From positions 6,112,001 to 6,176,000 of the forward strand of contig OY760175.1 of NCBI GenBank assembly GCA_963663165.1: a stretch of 64,000 bases of DNA. Reading direction: 5' to 3'. Below, piece by piece: positions 36,132 through 47,254 of this stretch. Numbering within the stretch: position 1 is the stretch's first letter; each line of letters starts with the position of its first letter. The position numbers and the translations under genes are program-made. The notes under the pieces are model-generated. The model was not told where the DNA came from. It saw only the letters and a program-made list of their open reading frames with translations, and did no database searches. This stretch comes from an uncultured Desulfospira sp. (GTDB lineage Bacteria > Desulfobacterota > Desulfobacteria > Desulfobacterales > Desulfobacteraceae).

Positions 36132-37205
36132 AATCTTTTGTCTGTGATCATTGGATATTCCGGGTTGCTTCTGGCCAATGACCCCAAATTGATCGAAAGG
36201 CCCCAGGCCGCAGAGGAAATTCTCAAGGCCGGAAAACAGGCCAGGGACCTGATCACCCAGATTCTGGCCTTTAGCCGGAAAATGGACCCGGTCCTTACGC
36301 CCGTGGACCTGAATCAGGTGGTTGGGGAAACCAAAAGAATGCTGGCCCGCACCATCCCCAAAATGACGGACATCACCTATTCACTGTCCCCGGAAAAGAC
36401 GATGATCAATGCCGATGCCGGCAATATGACCCAGGTGCTGATGAACCTTTGCGCCAATGCCCAGGACGCCATGCCTGACGGGGGGCGAATAGAAATTAAA
36501 ACCGCCGGGGTGACCCTGGATGAGAACTTTTCAGCCCGCCATACCGGCATTGAGCCGGGGGACTTTGTTCTTTTAAGCGTTACCGATACCGGCACCGGTA
36601 TGGACCAGGACACCATGGAGCATATCTTTGATCCGTTCTTTACCAGCAAAGAAATCGGTAAGGGAACCGGACTGGGGCTGTCCACCGTATACGGCATTGT
36701 CAAAAGCCACGGCGGTCATATCATTTGTGACAGTGAACCGGGAAAGGGGACCACTTTCAGGATTTACCTGCCGGCCATGGCCGCCGTGACTCCCGCTGAA
36801 GACCAGTTTGAAATGCCCATGCTTGAAGACGCACAGGGAAACGGTGAAGTCATACTGATTGTGGATGATGAACGGTTGATCCGGGACATCGGTGAGAAAA
36901 TACTGACCTTCAAGGGATATCGGGTGATAGAGGCTGTCAGCGGGGAAGATGCCTTGCAGATTTACCGTGAACGCGGCAAAGAGATTGATCTGGTCATCCT
37001 GGATATCAGTATGCCGGGCATGGGCGGGGAAAAGTGCCTTGATGAACTGTTTGTGCTGGATCCCATGATCAAGGTGATTCTGGCCAGCGGATATTTCAGT
37101 GACGGGATGAGCCGTACCGCCACCGATAAAATTCTGGCATACCTGCAAAAACCGTTTACCATCAATACCATGGTGAGAACCATCCGGGAGGTGCTGGATC
37201 GGTAA
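36132..37205 (+). pseudogene. 5'-truncated hybrid histidine kinase (partial HisKA, HATPase, receiver)
   Basis: Begins NLLSVIIGYS, just after where AHDFN should be. N/G1/F/G2 boxes and REC are intact. In-frame TAA at 36090. Confidence 0.7.
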
Positions 37206-37333
37206 AACTGGAGACCGGAAAAAGGGAGACCGGAGACCGGATGTCAAACCCGGGGGAATTCCCCCATCATCAATCCAAATGAATCCGAACTGCACCTTGC
37301 TATAAATAATAATTCGAGAAAAAATAATCCGGC

Positions 37334-37380
37334 TGGAGCGGGCCATGCCCGCGATTCAATCGCGGGCATGGCCCGCTCCA
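37334..37380. repeat. Perfect 23-bp inverted repeat (REP-like doublet)
   Basis: TGGAGCGGGCCATGCCCGCGATT-C-AATCGCGGGCATGGCCCGCTCCA. Confidence 0.85.
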
Positions 37381-37553
37381 ACCGAATAATCCAAGAGAAT
37401 CGCTACATCCGGCCTCCCCATCTCCATTTTCAATCCGCCCCCCAAACAAACAACTGTGGCCCAAAATTTGCTACCTTTAAATTTGTATTCACCAACGCCT
37501 GTTGTGAGTGGCATAAAATGATACAGTTTACGTCTTAAAAGGAGAATCATATC

Positions 37554-38945
37554 ATGTATTTTAATCAGATCGCGGTCAAGGGCCTCGGATGTCTGTCTTA
37601 CTGCATCGGTTGTCCGGCCGCAAAGCAAATGATGGTGGTTGACCCCAAACGGGACATCCAGGATTACCTGGATATTGCCCATCAGGAAGGCATGCGCATC
37701 ACCCATATTGTGAATACCCATCTTCATGCGGATCATATATCCGGGGACCAGGAACTCAGTGCCGCTACCGGTGCGGATATCTACATCAACGACAGTGTGG
37801 ACATCCATTATCCCCATAAAAATATCGGCCAGGGGGACGTGTTTACACTGGGCGCAGCCAAAATTGAAGCGCTGCACACCCCGGGCCACACGCCCAATTC
37901 AATTTCACTGGTGGTAACGGATACGGGACGTTCCGGCAATCCTGAAATGATTCTGACCGGGGACCTGCTGTTTGTGGGCGATGTGGGGCGGCCGGACCTT
38001 CCCGGTGCCGAGATCCTTGATGAGCAGATCGAAAACCTTTACAACAGCCTGTACAAAACCCTTGCGGTCTATCCCGATTACCTTGAGGTCTATCCGGCCC
38101 ATGGAGAGGGGTCATTGTGCGGCCGGGGCATGAGCGCTAAAAAAAGCTCCACACTCGGGTATGAACGAAAGGCCAACCATATGCTTCAGTTCGATTCCTT
38201 TGAGGCATTTAAAGATGACATTACATCGGCATTCCCGGCCCGGCCAAAGAGCTTTTCCTACATTATTGCCACCAACCGGAAAGGTGCTGATCTGCTGGAT
38301 GCCTGCACCCTGGACAAACGGTTGACGCCCAAGCTGTTTGAAGAGCTGATGAAAGATGAAAACACCCTGGTGATGGACACCCGGGACAGTGCGGCATACG
38401 GTGGATTCCACATTCCCGGCAGCATCAATATCGGCTTTGAAAAGCAACTGGCCAACTGGGTGGGAATGGTGATTGATCCGGGCAGGGAACTGCTGCTGGT
38501 GGTGGACAACCGGCAGGCCTATGACCGGATGCTCACAGAGCTGCACCGTATCGGATATGACGCTGTCTTGGGATATCTTTCCGGCGGTATCAATGCCTGG
38601 CTGATGAGCGGCCGGCCAGTGGATCAGCTGGCTCAGATTTCCCCGTTGCAGCTTTATGGAAAAATAGGTCAAGATCCCTCCGCAGCGCCCCTTATCCTTG
38701 ACGTCCGCACCCTGGCAGAGTGGCATTCAGGCCATATTTCCCAGGCGGTCCACTGTCCCCTGAGCGACATCCTTGACCAGAACATGCCAAAGGTCGATAA
38801 AGACCGGGAAATTATTTTGCAGTGCGGCAGTGGATACCGCTCCAATATTGCCGCCGGTTTCTTTAAAGAAAATGGGTTTGACAACGTAAAATCCCTGGCA
38901 GGGGGGATATTTGCCTGGTCCAACGCAGATCTGCCCCTGGTGTAA
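37554..38945 (+). CDS. MBL-fold metallo-hydrolase with two rhodanese domains (persulfide dioxygenase/CstB-like)
   Basis: THLHADHISG, HTPGHT, TGD.LFVGDVGRPDL, PAHG.GSLCG, DTR...HIPGS, CGSGYRS. Confidence 0.92.
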   Translation: MYFNQIAVKGLGCLSYCIGCPAAKQMMVVDPKRDIQDYLDIAHQEGMRITHIVNTHLHADHISGDQELSAATGADIYINDSVDIHYPHKNIGQGDVFTLGAAKIEALHTPGHTPNSISLVVTDTGRSGNPEMILTGDLLFVGDVGRPDLPGAEILDEQIENLYNSLYKTLAVYPDYLEVYPAHGEGSLCGRGMSAKKSSTLGYERKANHMLQFDSFEAFKDDITSAFPARPKSFSYIIATNRKGADLLDACTLDKRLTPKLFEELMKDENTLVMDTRDSAAYGGFHIPGSINIGFEKQLANWVGMVIDPGRELLLVVDNRQAYDRMLTELHRIGYDAVLGYLSGGINAWLMSGRPVDQLAQISPLQLYGKIGQDPSAAPLILDVRTLAEWHSGHISQAVHCPLSDILDQNMPKVDKDREIILQCGSGYRSNIAAGFFKENGFDNVKSLAGGIFAWSNADLPLV

Positions 38946-39104
38946 CGGCCTGTAATTGGAAAATGGCCGGATTTTTGCCCGAAACAGATGGACAGTCTTG
39001 TCTCACAGGTACAGTGTTGCTTTTTTTGAGACAGGCAGCCGTAACCCGGCCAAGGGTTTGGCCCCGTTTTTTATGCAAACAACCCAAGCACAAAGGAGAG
39101 AACC

Positions 39105-39671
39105 ATGAATGATAAATTAAAAATTTTGGTCATTGTCGGCACCGTCCGTGAAGGACGGGTGGGCCGCAAGATTGCCGACTGGTATCTTAAACAGGCCAAA
39201 GAAGCTGCCCCTGAAACCGAGTTTGAAATTTTAGATCCCCGTGAACTGAACCTGCCGTTGTTTAATGAACCTGAGCCGCCCCTGTCCGGCAACTATTCAC
39301 CGATTCAAAAAACCGTGGCTGAAAAAATCGCATCTGCGGACGCTTACGTGTTTGTCACCGGCGAATATAACCATTCCATTCCCGGCAGTCTTAAAAATCT
39401 GCTGGACTATGTGGCTGCCGAGTGGGGCCGCAAAGCGGCCGCTTTCGTGGGATACAGCGGTACCGGTGCCATTCGGTCCATTGAACATCTCATTCAGATC
39501 TGCAATGCCTTTGGGGTGGCAACGACCCGGGGCCATATTACCATCAATGCCGTGTGGGAGGCCCTTGATGAAACAGGCACCCCTAAAGACGGATACCTTT
39601 TCGGCAATGTTAAAGATCAGTTAACGGATCTGATGTGGTGGGCCGGCGCGCTTAAGGCCGCCCGGGATTAG
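39105..39671 (+). CDS. NADPH-dependent FMN reductase family protein
   Basis: GTVREGRVG, ADAYVFVTGEYNHSIPGSLKN.LD. Confidence 0.9.
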   Translation: MNDKLKILVIVGTVREGRVGRKIADWYLKQAKEAAPETEFEILDPRELNLPLFNEPEPPLSGNYSPIQKTVAEKIASADAYVFVTGEYNHSIPGSLKNLLDYVAAEWGRKAAAFVGYSGTGAIRSIEHLIQICNAFGVATTRGHITINAVWEALDETGTPKDGYLFGNVKDQLTDLMWWAGALKAARD

Positions 39672-41116
39672 GTTTTTTTCTGCCCTTTATACGCCTGTTT
39701 CACCAGGTCGCCAAGGCAGGCAATCCCCTGTTCCATTTTAGGGCCCCACTTGATCCCGCAGTTGAGCCTCAGGCAGTTTTTGTACCGGTTCGATGACGAG
39801 CAGATCAGGCCCGGCAGGATGGATATGTTTTTTTCATGGGCCTTATGGAAAATGTCCATGGTGTTGATGTCGGGGTCAAGAACCACCCAAAGGAACATGC
39901 CGCCTTTGGGAAAGGTCATCCGGATGTCCCTTGGAAAGTGGTTGTGAAGGGCCATGGAAAGGGCAGATGCCTGGTTTTTCAGATGGTTGCGCAATGTTCG
40001 CAGGTGCCGGTCATAGGCCCCGGTGGTGATGAACCGGGCCGTTACTTCCTGGTTGATGCCGGCATTTGAAACCGTGGTGGCGGTCTTGGAGCGGATCACC
40101 CGCTCCCTGAACTTTCCCGGAATAACCCATCCGGTTCGAAGGCCCGGGGCCAGGGTCTTGGAAACCGACGAACAGTAAAGAACCATGCCCTTGGGGTCCA
40201 TGCTTTTATAAGTGGACGGCCGGGGACCGGTAAAGTATAAATCCCCGTAGATATCATCTTCGATAATGGGGATATCCTGTTTTAGGGCCATCTCCAGGAT
40301 AGCCCGCTTATTTTCCCGTGACATCCGGTATCCCAGGGGGTTGTGAAAGTTGGAGTTCAACAGGCAGGCCGCCACTTGACCCGAGTCAACCGACTTTTTA
40401 AAATCCTGGGGAAAAATTCCTTTTTCCGGGCATGCCGGAATCTCTATCACCCGCATGTTCAGGTCTTCGATCAGCTGGAGAAAACAGTGAAAAACCGGGG
40501 ATTCCACCAAGATGGCGTCCCCGGGACCGGCCACCGCCCGAAGGCAGAGGCTGACCGCCTCTAAGCAGCCGTTGGTGGTGATGATATCGTCATGGGTGAT
40601 GCTGCCGGCCTGTCCGGCCATGCGTCCGGCAATGGCCCGGCGCAGGCTCTGGTTTCCGGCACAGGTTTCATAGTTGGACATAAAATCCCCCAGTGTGGCT
40701 GACGGGATGGACTTCATGATCCGGGTGAGCTGCTTTAGGGGCATGAGTTCCTTTGAATAGACGGCCGCGCCAAGCTGAAGGATATCCTCACGCTCAAGTT
40801 CCGAAATAATGGTCTGGGCCAGGGAGTTGATGTTCACCGAACTGGGGCCGGAACGGGTTTTGGCATGTTGGGGAAGGGCCCGGGGTGCGGCACTCAAGGG
40901 CCGGACATAAAACCCAGATTTTTCCCTGGCCTCCACCTGCCCCCGCTTTTCAAGTTCAATATAGGCCTGGTGGACCGTGGTAATGCTCAGGCCGAGCCGG
41001 GTGTGGAGTTTGCGCAGGGACGGCAGCCGGTCTCCGGGCCTGAACATACCGCCGGCAATGTTTTCCTGGATCTGGTCGGCCAGGGTAACGTACCTGAAAT
41101 TGGGGGACGTACTCAT
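39668..41116 (-). CDS. MocR/GabR family regulator (GntR HTH + PLP aminotransferase domain)
   Basis: GDRLPSLR...SITTVHQAY..LE; IIEDDIYG; SVSKTLAPGLRTGW. Confidence 0.93.
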   Translation of the reverse strand: MSTSPNFRYVTLADQIQENIAGGMFRPGDRLPSLRKLHTRLGLSITTVHQAYIELEKRGQVEAREKSGFYVRPLSAAPRALPQHAKTRSGPSSVNINSLAQTIISELEREDILQLGAAVYSKELMPLKQLTRIMKSIPSATLGDFMSNYETCAGNQSLRRAIAGRMAGQAGSITHDDIITTNGCLEAVSLCLRAVAGPGDAILVESPVFHCFLQLIEDLNMRVIEIPACPEKGIFPQDFKKSVDSGQVAACLLNSNFHNPLGYRMSRENKRAILEMALKQDIPIIEDDIYGDLYFTGPRPSTYKSMDPKGMVLYCSSVSKTLAPGLRTGWVIPGKFRERVIRSKTATTVSNAGINQEVTARFITTGAYDRHLRTLRNHLKNQASALSMALHNHFPRDIRMTFPKGGMFLWVVLDPDINTMDIFHKAHEKNISILPGLICSSSNRYKNCLRLNCGIKWGPKMEQGIACLGDLVKQAYKGQKKT

Positions 41117-41232
41117 GTTTTGTTATGGTTGGGTGTCTTTTTATCTGCAACTGTTTTTGTTGTTGATTTAGACCATCCTTTCCTGTAAATCAAGATGTTT
41201 TACACCAACCAGGCAATAAAAAGAAATTAAAG

Positions 41233-42117
41233 ATGAAAAATATAGGGCTTTACCTTCTCACCATCATGATCTGGGGCACCTCCTGGATTGGGATCAAATA
41301 TCAGTTGGGCGTCGTGGACCCCATGGTATCCGTGGTTTACCGGTTCGGTCTGGCCACGGTAATGCTGGGGGTGTTCTGCCGGCTCCGGGGCATGCGCTTT
41401 AAATTTTCATTAAAAACCCATTTATCCATCTGTGGTATGGGGCTTTGTTTGTTTTCCATCAATTACTGGCTGATGTACCGGGCCGAAGAAACCCTGACCT
41501 CGGGATTAATGGCGGTACTGTTTTCTTCCCTTGTGTTTATCAACATGATTAACGGGGCCTTGTTTTTAAAGGCCCGCATGGAATGGAAAATGATTGCCGG
41601 CGGCCTGATCGGGATTGCCGGCATTATCCTGATCTTTCTGCCGGAGATCCGGTCCTTTGATGCGGGCCATGGGGGGCTCACGGGGATCTGTTTCGGCATG
41701 ACCGCCGTTTTTTTGTGTTCTTTTGGCAACATTGTGTCTGCCTCCAATTCAAAACAAAACATTCCCGTGATCCAGGCCAATGCCCTGGGCATGCTGTACG
41801 GGACCCTGGTCCTTTTTCTGGTCGCCCTGTTCATGGGAAAAGAGTTTACCTTTTCCCCGACCCCCATTTATGTCGGGTCTTTGGTTTATCTGGCCTTGTT
41901 TGCGTCCATCTTTGCCTTTGGGGCTTTTCTAACCCTTGTGGGCAACATCGGGCCTGACAAGGCCGCCTACGCCATCATGGTCGTCCCGGTGGTGGCCCTG
42001 CTGGTTTCAACGGTCATGGAAGGGTATTCATGGACCCCTCTGGCCATCTGCGGCCTGGTCCTGGTGGTGGCCGGCAATTTTTTGGCCCTGCATAAGCCTT
42101 CTGCTCCCACCTCATAA
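41233..42117 (+). CDS. EamA/DMT family transporter
   Basis: IWGTSW, about 10 TM segments, divergent from the MocR regulator. Confidence 0.92.
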   Translation: MKNIGLYLLTIMIWGTSWIGIKYQLGVVDPMVSVVYRFGLATVMLGVFCRLRGMRFKFSLKTHLSICGMGLCLFSINYWLMYRAEETLTSGLMAVLFSSLVFINMINGALFLKARMEWKMIAGGLIGIAGIILIFLPEIRSFDAGHGGLTGICFGMTAVFLCSFGNIVSASNSKQNIPVIQANALGMLYGTLVLFLVALFMGKEFTFSPTPIYVGSLVYLALFASIFAFGAFLTLVGNIGPDKAAYAIMVVPVVALLVSTVMEGYSWTPLAICGLVLVVAGNFLALHKPSAPTS

Positions 42118-42219
42118 CCCGAAGGAACCACAACATCCGGTCTTCGGTCTCCCGTTTCCGGTCTCCTCTATTCGATTCCGGTTGCACAATATCCAGTACC
42201 TGTGCTAATTAGATGCGGT

Positions 42220-42552
42220 ATGAAACAGTATCAGATAGACGGGCTGAGGCTGGAAGACTACCATAAGCTCAAAGACTACCTGGACCGGTACCTTACGCCT
42301 GCCTCCATAGAGGGAATTTACTGGCTTGAGATTGATCCTGACCTGTTAACGCCCATCCAGGCGGATCATACAGAATGCGCTCCCCATGTGTTTGGACTCA
42401 TGCTGGAGGAGACCTGCCTTTCGTGCGAGCTTCTGGTCAGGATTAAAAAAAACATAAGGTGCGACTGCATGGGCTATGCCACCAAAGAACAGTTCACCTG
42501 GCTCATTGACCAGGTGGATGCTGTGCTGGAAAAGCTTTCCATTCGTATCTGA
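42220..42552 (+). CDS. Hypothetical protein upstream of rnj
   Basis: Compact ORF with Q..H.EC.PH...ELLVR....RCDC..YA motif, in an operon-like position. Confidence 0.75.
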   Translation: MKQYQIDGLRLEDYHKLKDYLDRYLTPASIEGIYWLEIDPDLLTPIQADHTECAPHVFGLMLEETCLSCELLVRIKKNIRCDCMGYATKEQFTWLIDQVDAVLEKLSIRI

Positions 42553-42575
42553 TTTTAATTTTCAGGACATTCATT

Positions 42576-44225
42576 ATGCTCAAACTTATTCCCCTTGGCG
42601 GTCTTGGTGAAATCGGGCTCAATATGATGGTGGTGGAATATGAAGACACCATTTTCATAATTGATGCCGGCCTCATGTTTCCCGAAGATTACATGCTCGG
42701 CGTGGACATGGTGATTCCGGCCATGGATTATCTTCGGGAAAACCGGGACAGGGTCCAGGGGATTGTGCTGACCCATGCCCATGAGGACCATATCGGTGCC
42801 CTTCCTTATTTATTAAAGGAAATCCGGATTCCAGTTTATGGGACCCGGTTTACCTTGGGGATTGTCCGAAACAAGTTGGTGGAATTTCAGCTCAACCGGT
42901 ATGTGGACCTGAATCTGGTCAATCCCGGGGAAACCCTTTCCATTGAACCCTTTGAAATCGAATTTATACGGGTGAGCCACTCCACCATTGACGGGGTGGC
43001 CCTGGCCATTAAAACCCCGGTGGGAACCGTGGTCCACACCGGGGATTTCAGGATCAGCCATGATGCCGATCCCATGAAAAATACCGATATCTCCAGTTTT
43101 GCCCGGCTTGGAGAAGAAGGCGTGCTGGCCCTGCTGTCCGACTCCACCAATGTGGAGGAGGAAGGGTATACCATGTCCGAACAGGAGGTGGCCAAGAACT
43201 TGGCCAAGGTGATTGCCCCGGCCCCGGGCCGGGTGATTGTGGCCCTGTTTTCCTCCAACGTGTTCCGAATTCAGCAGGTCATTGACATTGCCGTGAGCAA
43301 CAACCGGAAGGTGATTTTCAACGGCCGGTCCATGGAGCAGATTGTCTCCATTGCCCATGAGCTAGGGTATATTCATTATCCCCCCGACACGGTGATTGAT
43401 GTCAAGCAGATCAACACGGTTCCCGATGACCAGGTGGCCATTATCACCACGGGCAGCCAGGGAGAGCCCATGTCCGCCCTGGTCCGGATGGCCTCGGGGC
43501 TGCACAAGCAGGTTAATATCAAGAAAAAAGACACGGTGATTCTGTCCTCCAAACGGATTCCGGGCAATGAAAAGGCTATTTCCAATATTATCAACAAGCT
43601 GTACCGGAGGGGGGCGGATGTGGTTTACTCCAAGATCGCCCAGATCCATGCCTCGGGCCATGCCCACCAGGAAGAGCTTAAGCTGATGATCAACCTGACC
43701 AGGCCCAAATACTTTATTCCGGTTCACGGGGAATACCGCCATCTGGTGGTCCATGCCAGGCTTGCCGAAAAACTGGGCCTGCCACGGGATCACGTGCTGG
43801 TGGCCGAGGACGGCAAAGTCATCGCCTTTGACGAAACCGGGGGCCGGTTTGAAGGCCAGGTGAATACCGGTAGAATTTTGGTGGATGGGAAAGGCATCGG
43901 GGATGTGGGCCGGAGCGTGTTAAAAGAGCGCCGGGAGCTGTCTGAAGGCGGCCTTGTGGTGGTGACCATGATCATTGATGAGGAAACCGGGGTGGTGCTG
44001 TACGGGCCGGAACTGGTGTCCAAAGGGTTTGTATTTGATGCGGCCACCGGCTACCTGGTGGACGATGCCCAGTGTGTGATCCTGGAGATTGTTGAAGAGA
44101 TTGAAGCCGGCATCGAATCCCGGGTGGAACTGATCCGCAAAAAACTTCAAAAGGCCCTTAAGCAGTATTTTGCCTTTGCCATCAATCGAAAGCCCCTGAT
44201 TGTTCCCATTATCATTGAAGTATGA
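42576..44225 (+). CDS. rnj: Ribonuclease J
   Basis: PLGGLGEIGLN, THAHEDHIG, HTGDF, DSTN, TGSQGEP, HASGH, PVHGE. Confidence 0.96.
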   Translation: MLKLIPLGGLGEIGLNMMVVEYEDTIFIIDAGLMFPEDYMLGVDMVIPAMDYLRENRDRVQGIVLTHAHEDHIGALPYLLKEIRIPVYGTRFTLGIVRNKLVEFQLNRYVDLNLVNPGETLSIEPFEIEFIRVSHSTIDGVALAIKTPVGTVVHTGDFRISHDADPMKNTDISSFARLGEEGVLALLSDSTNVEEEGYTMSEQEVAKNLAKVIAPAPGRVIVALFSSNVFRIQQVIDIAVSNNRKVIFNGRSMEQIVSIAHELGYIHYPPDTVIDVKQINTVPDDQVAIITTGSQGEPMSALVRMASGLHKQVNIKKKDTVILSSKRIPGNEKAISNIINKLYRRGADVVYSKIAQIHASGHAHQEELKLMINLTRPKYFIPVHGEYRHLVVHARLAEKLGLPRDHVLVAEDGKVIAFDETGGRFEGQVNTGRILVDGKGIGDVGRSVLKERRELSEGGLVVVTMIIDEETGVVLYGPELVSKGFVFDAATGYLVDDAQCVILEIVEEIEAGIESRVELIRKKLQKALKQYFAFAINRKPLIVPIIIEV

Positions 44226-46561
44226 AAAAAGAACTGGCCGGCATATTTCTGTTGTTTCTTATCGTGTTATCGGCGGTGAGCCTGTTTTCCTATGATGCGG
44301 CCGACCCCTGTGTGGGGAACCATGCCTTAAGCGTCCCGGATCATATTCATAATTATTTCGGCCTGATCGGGGCACACACGGCCGGGCTTCTGGTCTTTCT
44401 TTTCGGGCTGGGGGCGTTCTGGATTCCGGCGATCCTTTCCCTGTCAAGCGTCTGGTTTCTCAAATCAAGGGCCCCCAGGATTATCTGGCTGACATTGGGC
44501 GGGGGGCTGGTCATCATGGTTTGCACCGGTTCCCTTTTGTTTCTTCATAAGGAGGCATACCCCTTTTTAGGGACCCTGGTGTCTGCCGGGGGATTTCTAG
44601 GCGCTCATCTGGCTTTGTTTTTGCTCAAGTATGCCAATATGGCCGGCTGCATCATTATCCTGATTTTTTTTCTGGTGGTGGGCGTTATCCTGGCCACCGG
44701 GATTTCCATGGCCGCCCTGGCCGAACTTATCCGGGATGCGCTCTGGAATTTAGCTGTCACCATTCGGGATGACTTTAAAGAGGGCCTTGACATCATTGCC
44801 CGCTCTTTTTCTCAGGCCAGGCAAAAATTTCTGGAGAGCCGGCAAAGGAGACGGGAAGAACAAGACCCCCTGGAGACTGTCCCGGCCGATATGCCCGAAG
44901 TTAAAACCCGGGACCTGGTCCGGATCCCGGAAACCACAATGCCCCCCGAAGATGCCGAAAAAACTGGCAGGGCCGTAAAGGCCAAAAACAGCGCACCGGA
45001 TGATGGTCCGGCCAAAGATAAGGTCGAGCCTGTGATTGTCCCTCCCAAGGAAGATGACACTCAGTATGTTTCTGAAACCGTGATTGAAGATATCCGGGAA
45101 CAGGCCGACTTTAACCTGCCGCCCCTGTCGTTTTTAGATGAAAAAATTAAGATCAAACGGGACATTGATGCGGGCCTGCTTCAGGAAAAGGCCCGGATTC
45201 TGGAGGGCAAACTAAAGGACTTTAACGTGTCCGGCGAGGTGGTTGAGATCTTGCCCGGCCCGGTGATCACCACCTTTGAATACCGGCCGGCCCCGGGCAT
45301 CAAGGTGAGCAAAATTACCGGGTTGTCAGATGACCTGGCCCTGGCCTTGAGCGCCATCAGTATCCGTATTGTGGCCCCTATCCCGGGACGGGACGTGGTG
45401 GGCATCGAGATCCCCAACGATGAGCGGGAAATGGTGTTTTTAAGGGAAATGCTGGCCTCAAAGGATTTTGTGAACTCCGATTCTTTGCTGACCTTAGGGC
45501 TTGGAAAGGATCTCATGGGCCGGCCTGTGGTTACCAAGATGGATAAGATGCCCCATTTGCTCATTGCCGGCGCTACGGGCACCGGCAAGAGTGTGGGGCT
45601 CAACTCTATGGTGATCAGCCTGCTTTACAAGGCAAGCCCGGACGAGGTCAAGCTGATCATGATTGATCCCAAACGGATCGAACTGTCCGTGTACAATGAT
45701 ATTCCCCACCTGATTTCCCCGGTGGTAACGGATATGAAAAAGGCCACCAACGCGTTGTTCTGGGCGGTCCGGGAAATGGAGCGCCGGTACGAACTGCTGG
45801 AAATGAACGGGTTTCGGAACCTGGCCCAGTACAATGACATGGTTAAAAAACAGCTTAAAAAGAAAAACCGCTCACCTGAAGAAGACTTTGAAGAGCCCCT
45901 TGAGGTGCTGCCCTATATCGTGGTGGTGGTGGATGAACTCTCGGATTTGATGATGGTGGCGTCAAAGGATGTGGAATTTGCCCTGACACGCCTGGCCCAG
46001 ATGGCCCGGGCCGCCGGCATTCATCTGATTCTGGCCACCCAGCGCCCCTCGGCCGATGTCCTGACCGGAACCATCAAGGCCAATTTCCCCACGCGGATTT
46101 CCTTTCAGGTTTCGTCCAAAATCGACGGGCGGATCATCATTGACCAGGGCGGGGCCGAAAGCCTTCTTGGAAACGGGGACATGCTGTTCTGCCCGCCGGG
46201 AACCGGCAAACTCATGCGGATCCAGGGGGCCTATATTTCTGAAACGGAAATTGCAAAGGTGACCTCCTTTTTAAAAGAGCAGCGTGAACCGGATTATAAT
46301 GCCCAGATCACCCTCGGAGATGAAGACGGTGAGGTTAAAGAGTTTGATGAATCCGAGTACGATGAAAAATACGATGAGGCCGTGGCCGTGGTGACCCAGT
46401 CGGGACAGGCGTCCATCTCCTATGTCCAGCGGCGGCTCAGGATCGGGTACAACCGGGCAGCCCGACTGATAGAGATCATGGAGCATGAGGGGATTGTCGG
46501 CCCCCAGATCGGTTCCAAACCCCGGGAAATTCTGGTGAAATCCTTTGAGGATCACCCCTGA
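44222..46561 (+). CDS. ftsK: DNA translocase FtsK
   Basis: N-terminal TMs, PHLLIAGATGTGKS, DELSDLM, LATQRPS, and gamma domain SISYVQRRLRIGYNRAAR. Confidence 0.96.
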   Translation: MKKELAGIFLLFLIVLSAVSLFSYDAADPCVGNHALSVPDHIHNYFGLIGAHTAGLLVFLFGLGAFWIPAILSLSSVWFLKSRAPRIIWLTLGGGLVIMVCTGSLLFLHKEAYPFLGTLVSAGGFLGAHLALFLLKYANMAGCIIILIFFLVVGVILATGISMAALAELIRDALWNLAVTIRDDFKEGLDIIARSFSQARQKFLESRQRRREEQDPLETVPADMPEVKTRDLVRIPETTMPPEDAEKTGRAVKAKNSAPDDGPAKDKVEPVIVPPKEDDTQYVSETVIEDIREQADFNLPPLSFLDEKIKIKRDIDAGLLQEKARILEGKLKDFNVSGEVVEILPGPVITTFEYRPAPGIKVSKITGLSDDLALALSAISIRIVAPIPGRDVVGIEIPNDEREMVFLREMLASKDFVNSDSLLTLGLGKDLMGRPVVTKMDKMPHLLIAGATGTGKSVGLNSMVISLLYKASPDEVKLIMIDPKRIELSVYNDIPHLISPVVTDMKKATNALFWAVREMERRYELLEMNGFRNLAQYNDMVKKQLKKKNRSPEEDFEEPLEVLPYIVVVVDELSDLMMVASKDVEFALTRLAQMARAAGIHLILATQRPSADVLTGTIKANFPTRISFQVSSKIDGRIIIDQGGAESLLGNGDMLFCPPGTGKLMRIQGAYISETEIAKVTSFLKEQREPDYNAQITLGDEDGEVKEFDESEYDEKYDEAVAVVTQSGQASISYVQRRLRIGYNRAARLIEIMEHEGIVGPQIGSKPREILVKSFEDHP

Positions 46562-46600
46562 AAAAGATCGGCCCGGACGGGTTGAAGGACTGTTTACCCA

Positions 46601-47212
46601 ATGATTGATTTTAATTTTTTAAATACCATTAAAGGGTTTATGGATGATGCAGAGGCCCAAAGGCTTTATGAAGAGGCCCAAAAAGCATCCCAACTAGGCC
46701 CGGTGCTGGAGATCGGCAGCTACTGCGGCAAGTCTGCCGTGATTATCGGTACGGCCTGCCGGGAAAACGATGCTATCCTCTTTTCCATTGACCACCACAG
46801 GGGGTCTGAAGAACAGCAAAAGGGGGAGGAATACTTTGACCCGGAGTTGTTTGATGAGAAGACCCACCGGGTCAACACCTTTCCATTTTTCCTGGAAACC
46901 CTTGCCAACGCAGGACTTGGGGAAACCGTGGTCCCCATTGTCACCACGTCTGCCGTGGCCGGTAAAATGTGGAACACCCCTTTGGCCATGGTCTTTATTG
47001 ACGGGGGGCATTCCCTTGAGGCGGCGCGGGAAGACTTCTTAACCTGGTCGCCCTTTTTGATGCCCAAAGGGCTGCTGGTGATTCACGATATTTTCCATGA
47101 CCCGGCCAAAGGCGGCCAGGCCCCGAGGCTGGTGTATGAACAGGCCCTGGCCACCGGGGATTATCATCCCCTTGACATGACCAAGACCCTTGGGGTTCTT
47201 GAAAAAGCGTAA
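46601..47212 (+). CDS. Class I SAM-dependent methyltransferase (Methyltransf_24-like)
   Basis: LEIGSYCGKS, SIDHHRGSEE, FIDGGH, IHD. Confidence 0.88.
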   Translation: MIDFNFLNTIKGFMDDAEAQRLYEEAQKASQLGPVLEIGSYCGKSAVIIGTACRENDAILFSIDHHRGSEEQQKGEEYFDPELFDEKTHRVNTFPFFLETLANAGLGETVVPIVTTSAVAGKMWNTPLAMVFIDGGHSLEAAREDFLTWSPFLMPKGLLVIHDIFHDPAKGGQAPRLVYEQALATGDYHPLDMTKTLGVLEKA

Positions 47213-47254
47213 TGGCAAAAGCCCCAAGGGGCGGGTAAAAAAGGAAACCTTAAG

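Noticed and set aside
39668..42117. MocR regulator divergent from an EamA transporter
   Set aside because: This is a common, well-described pairing.
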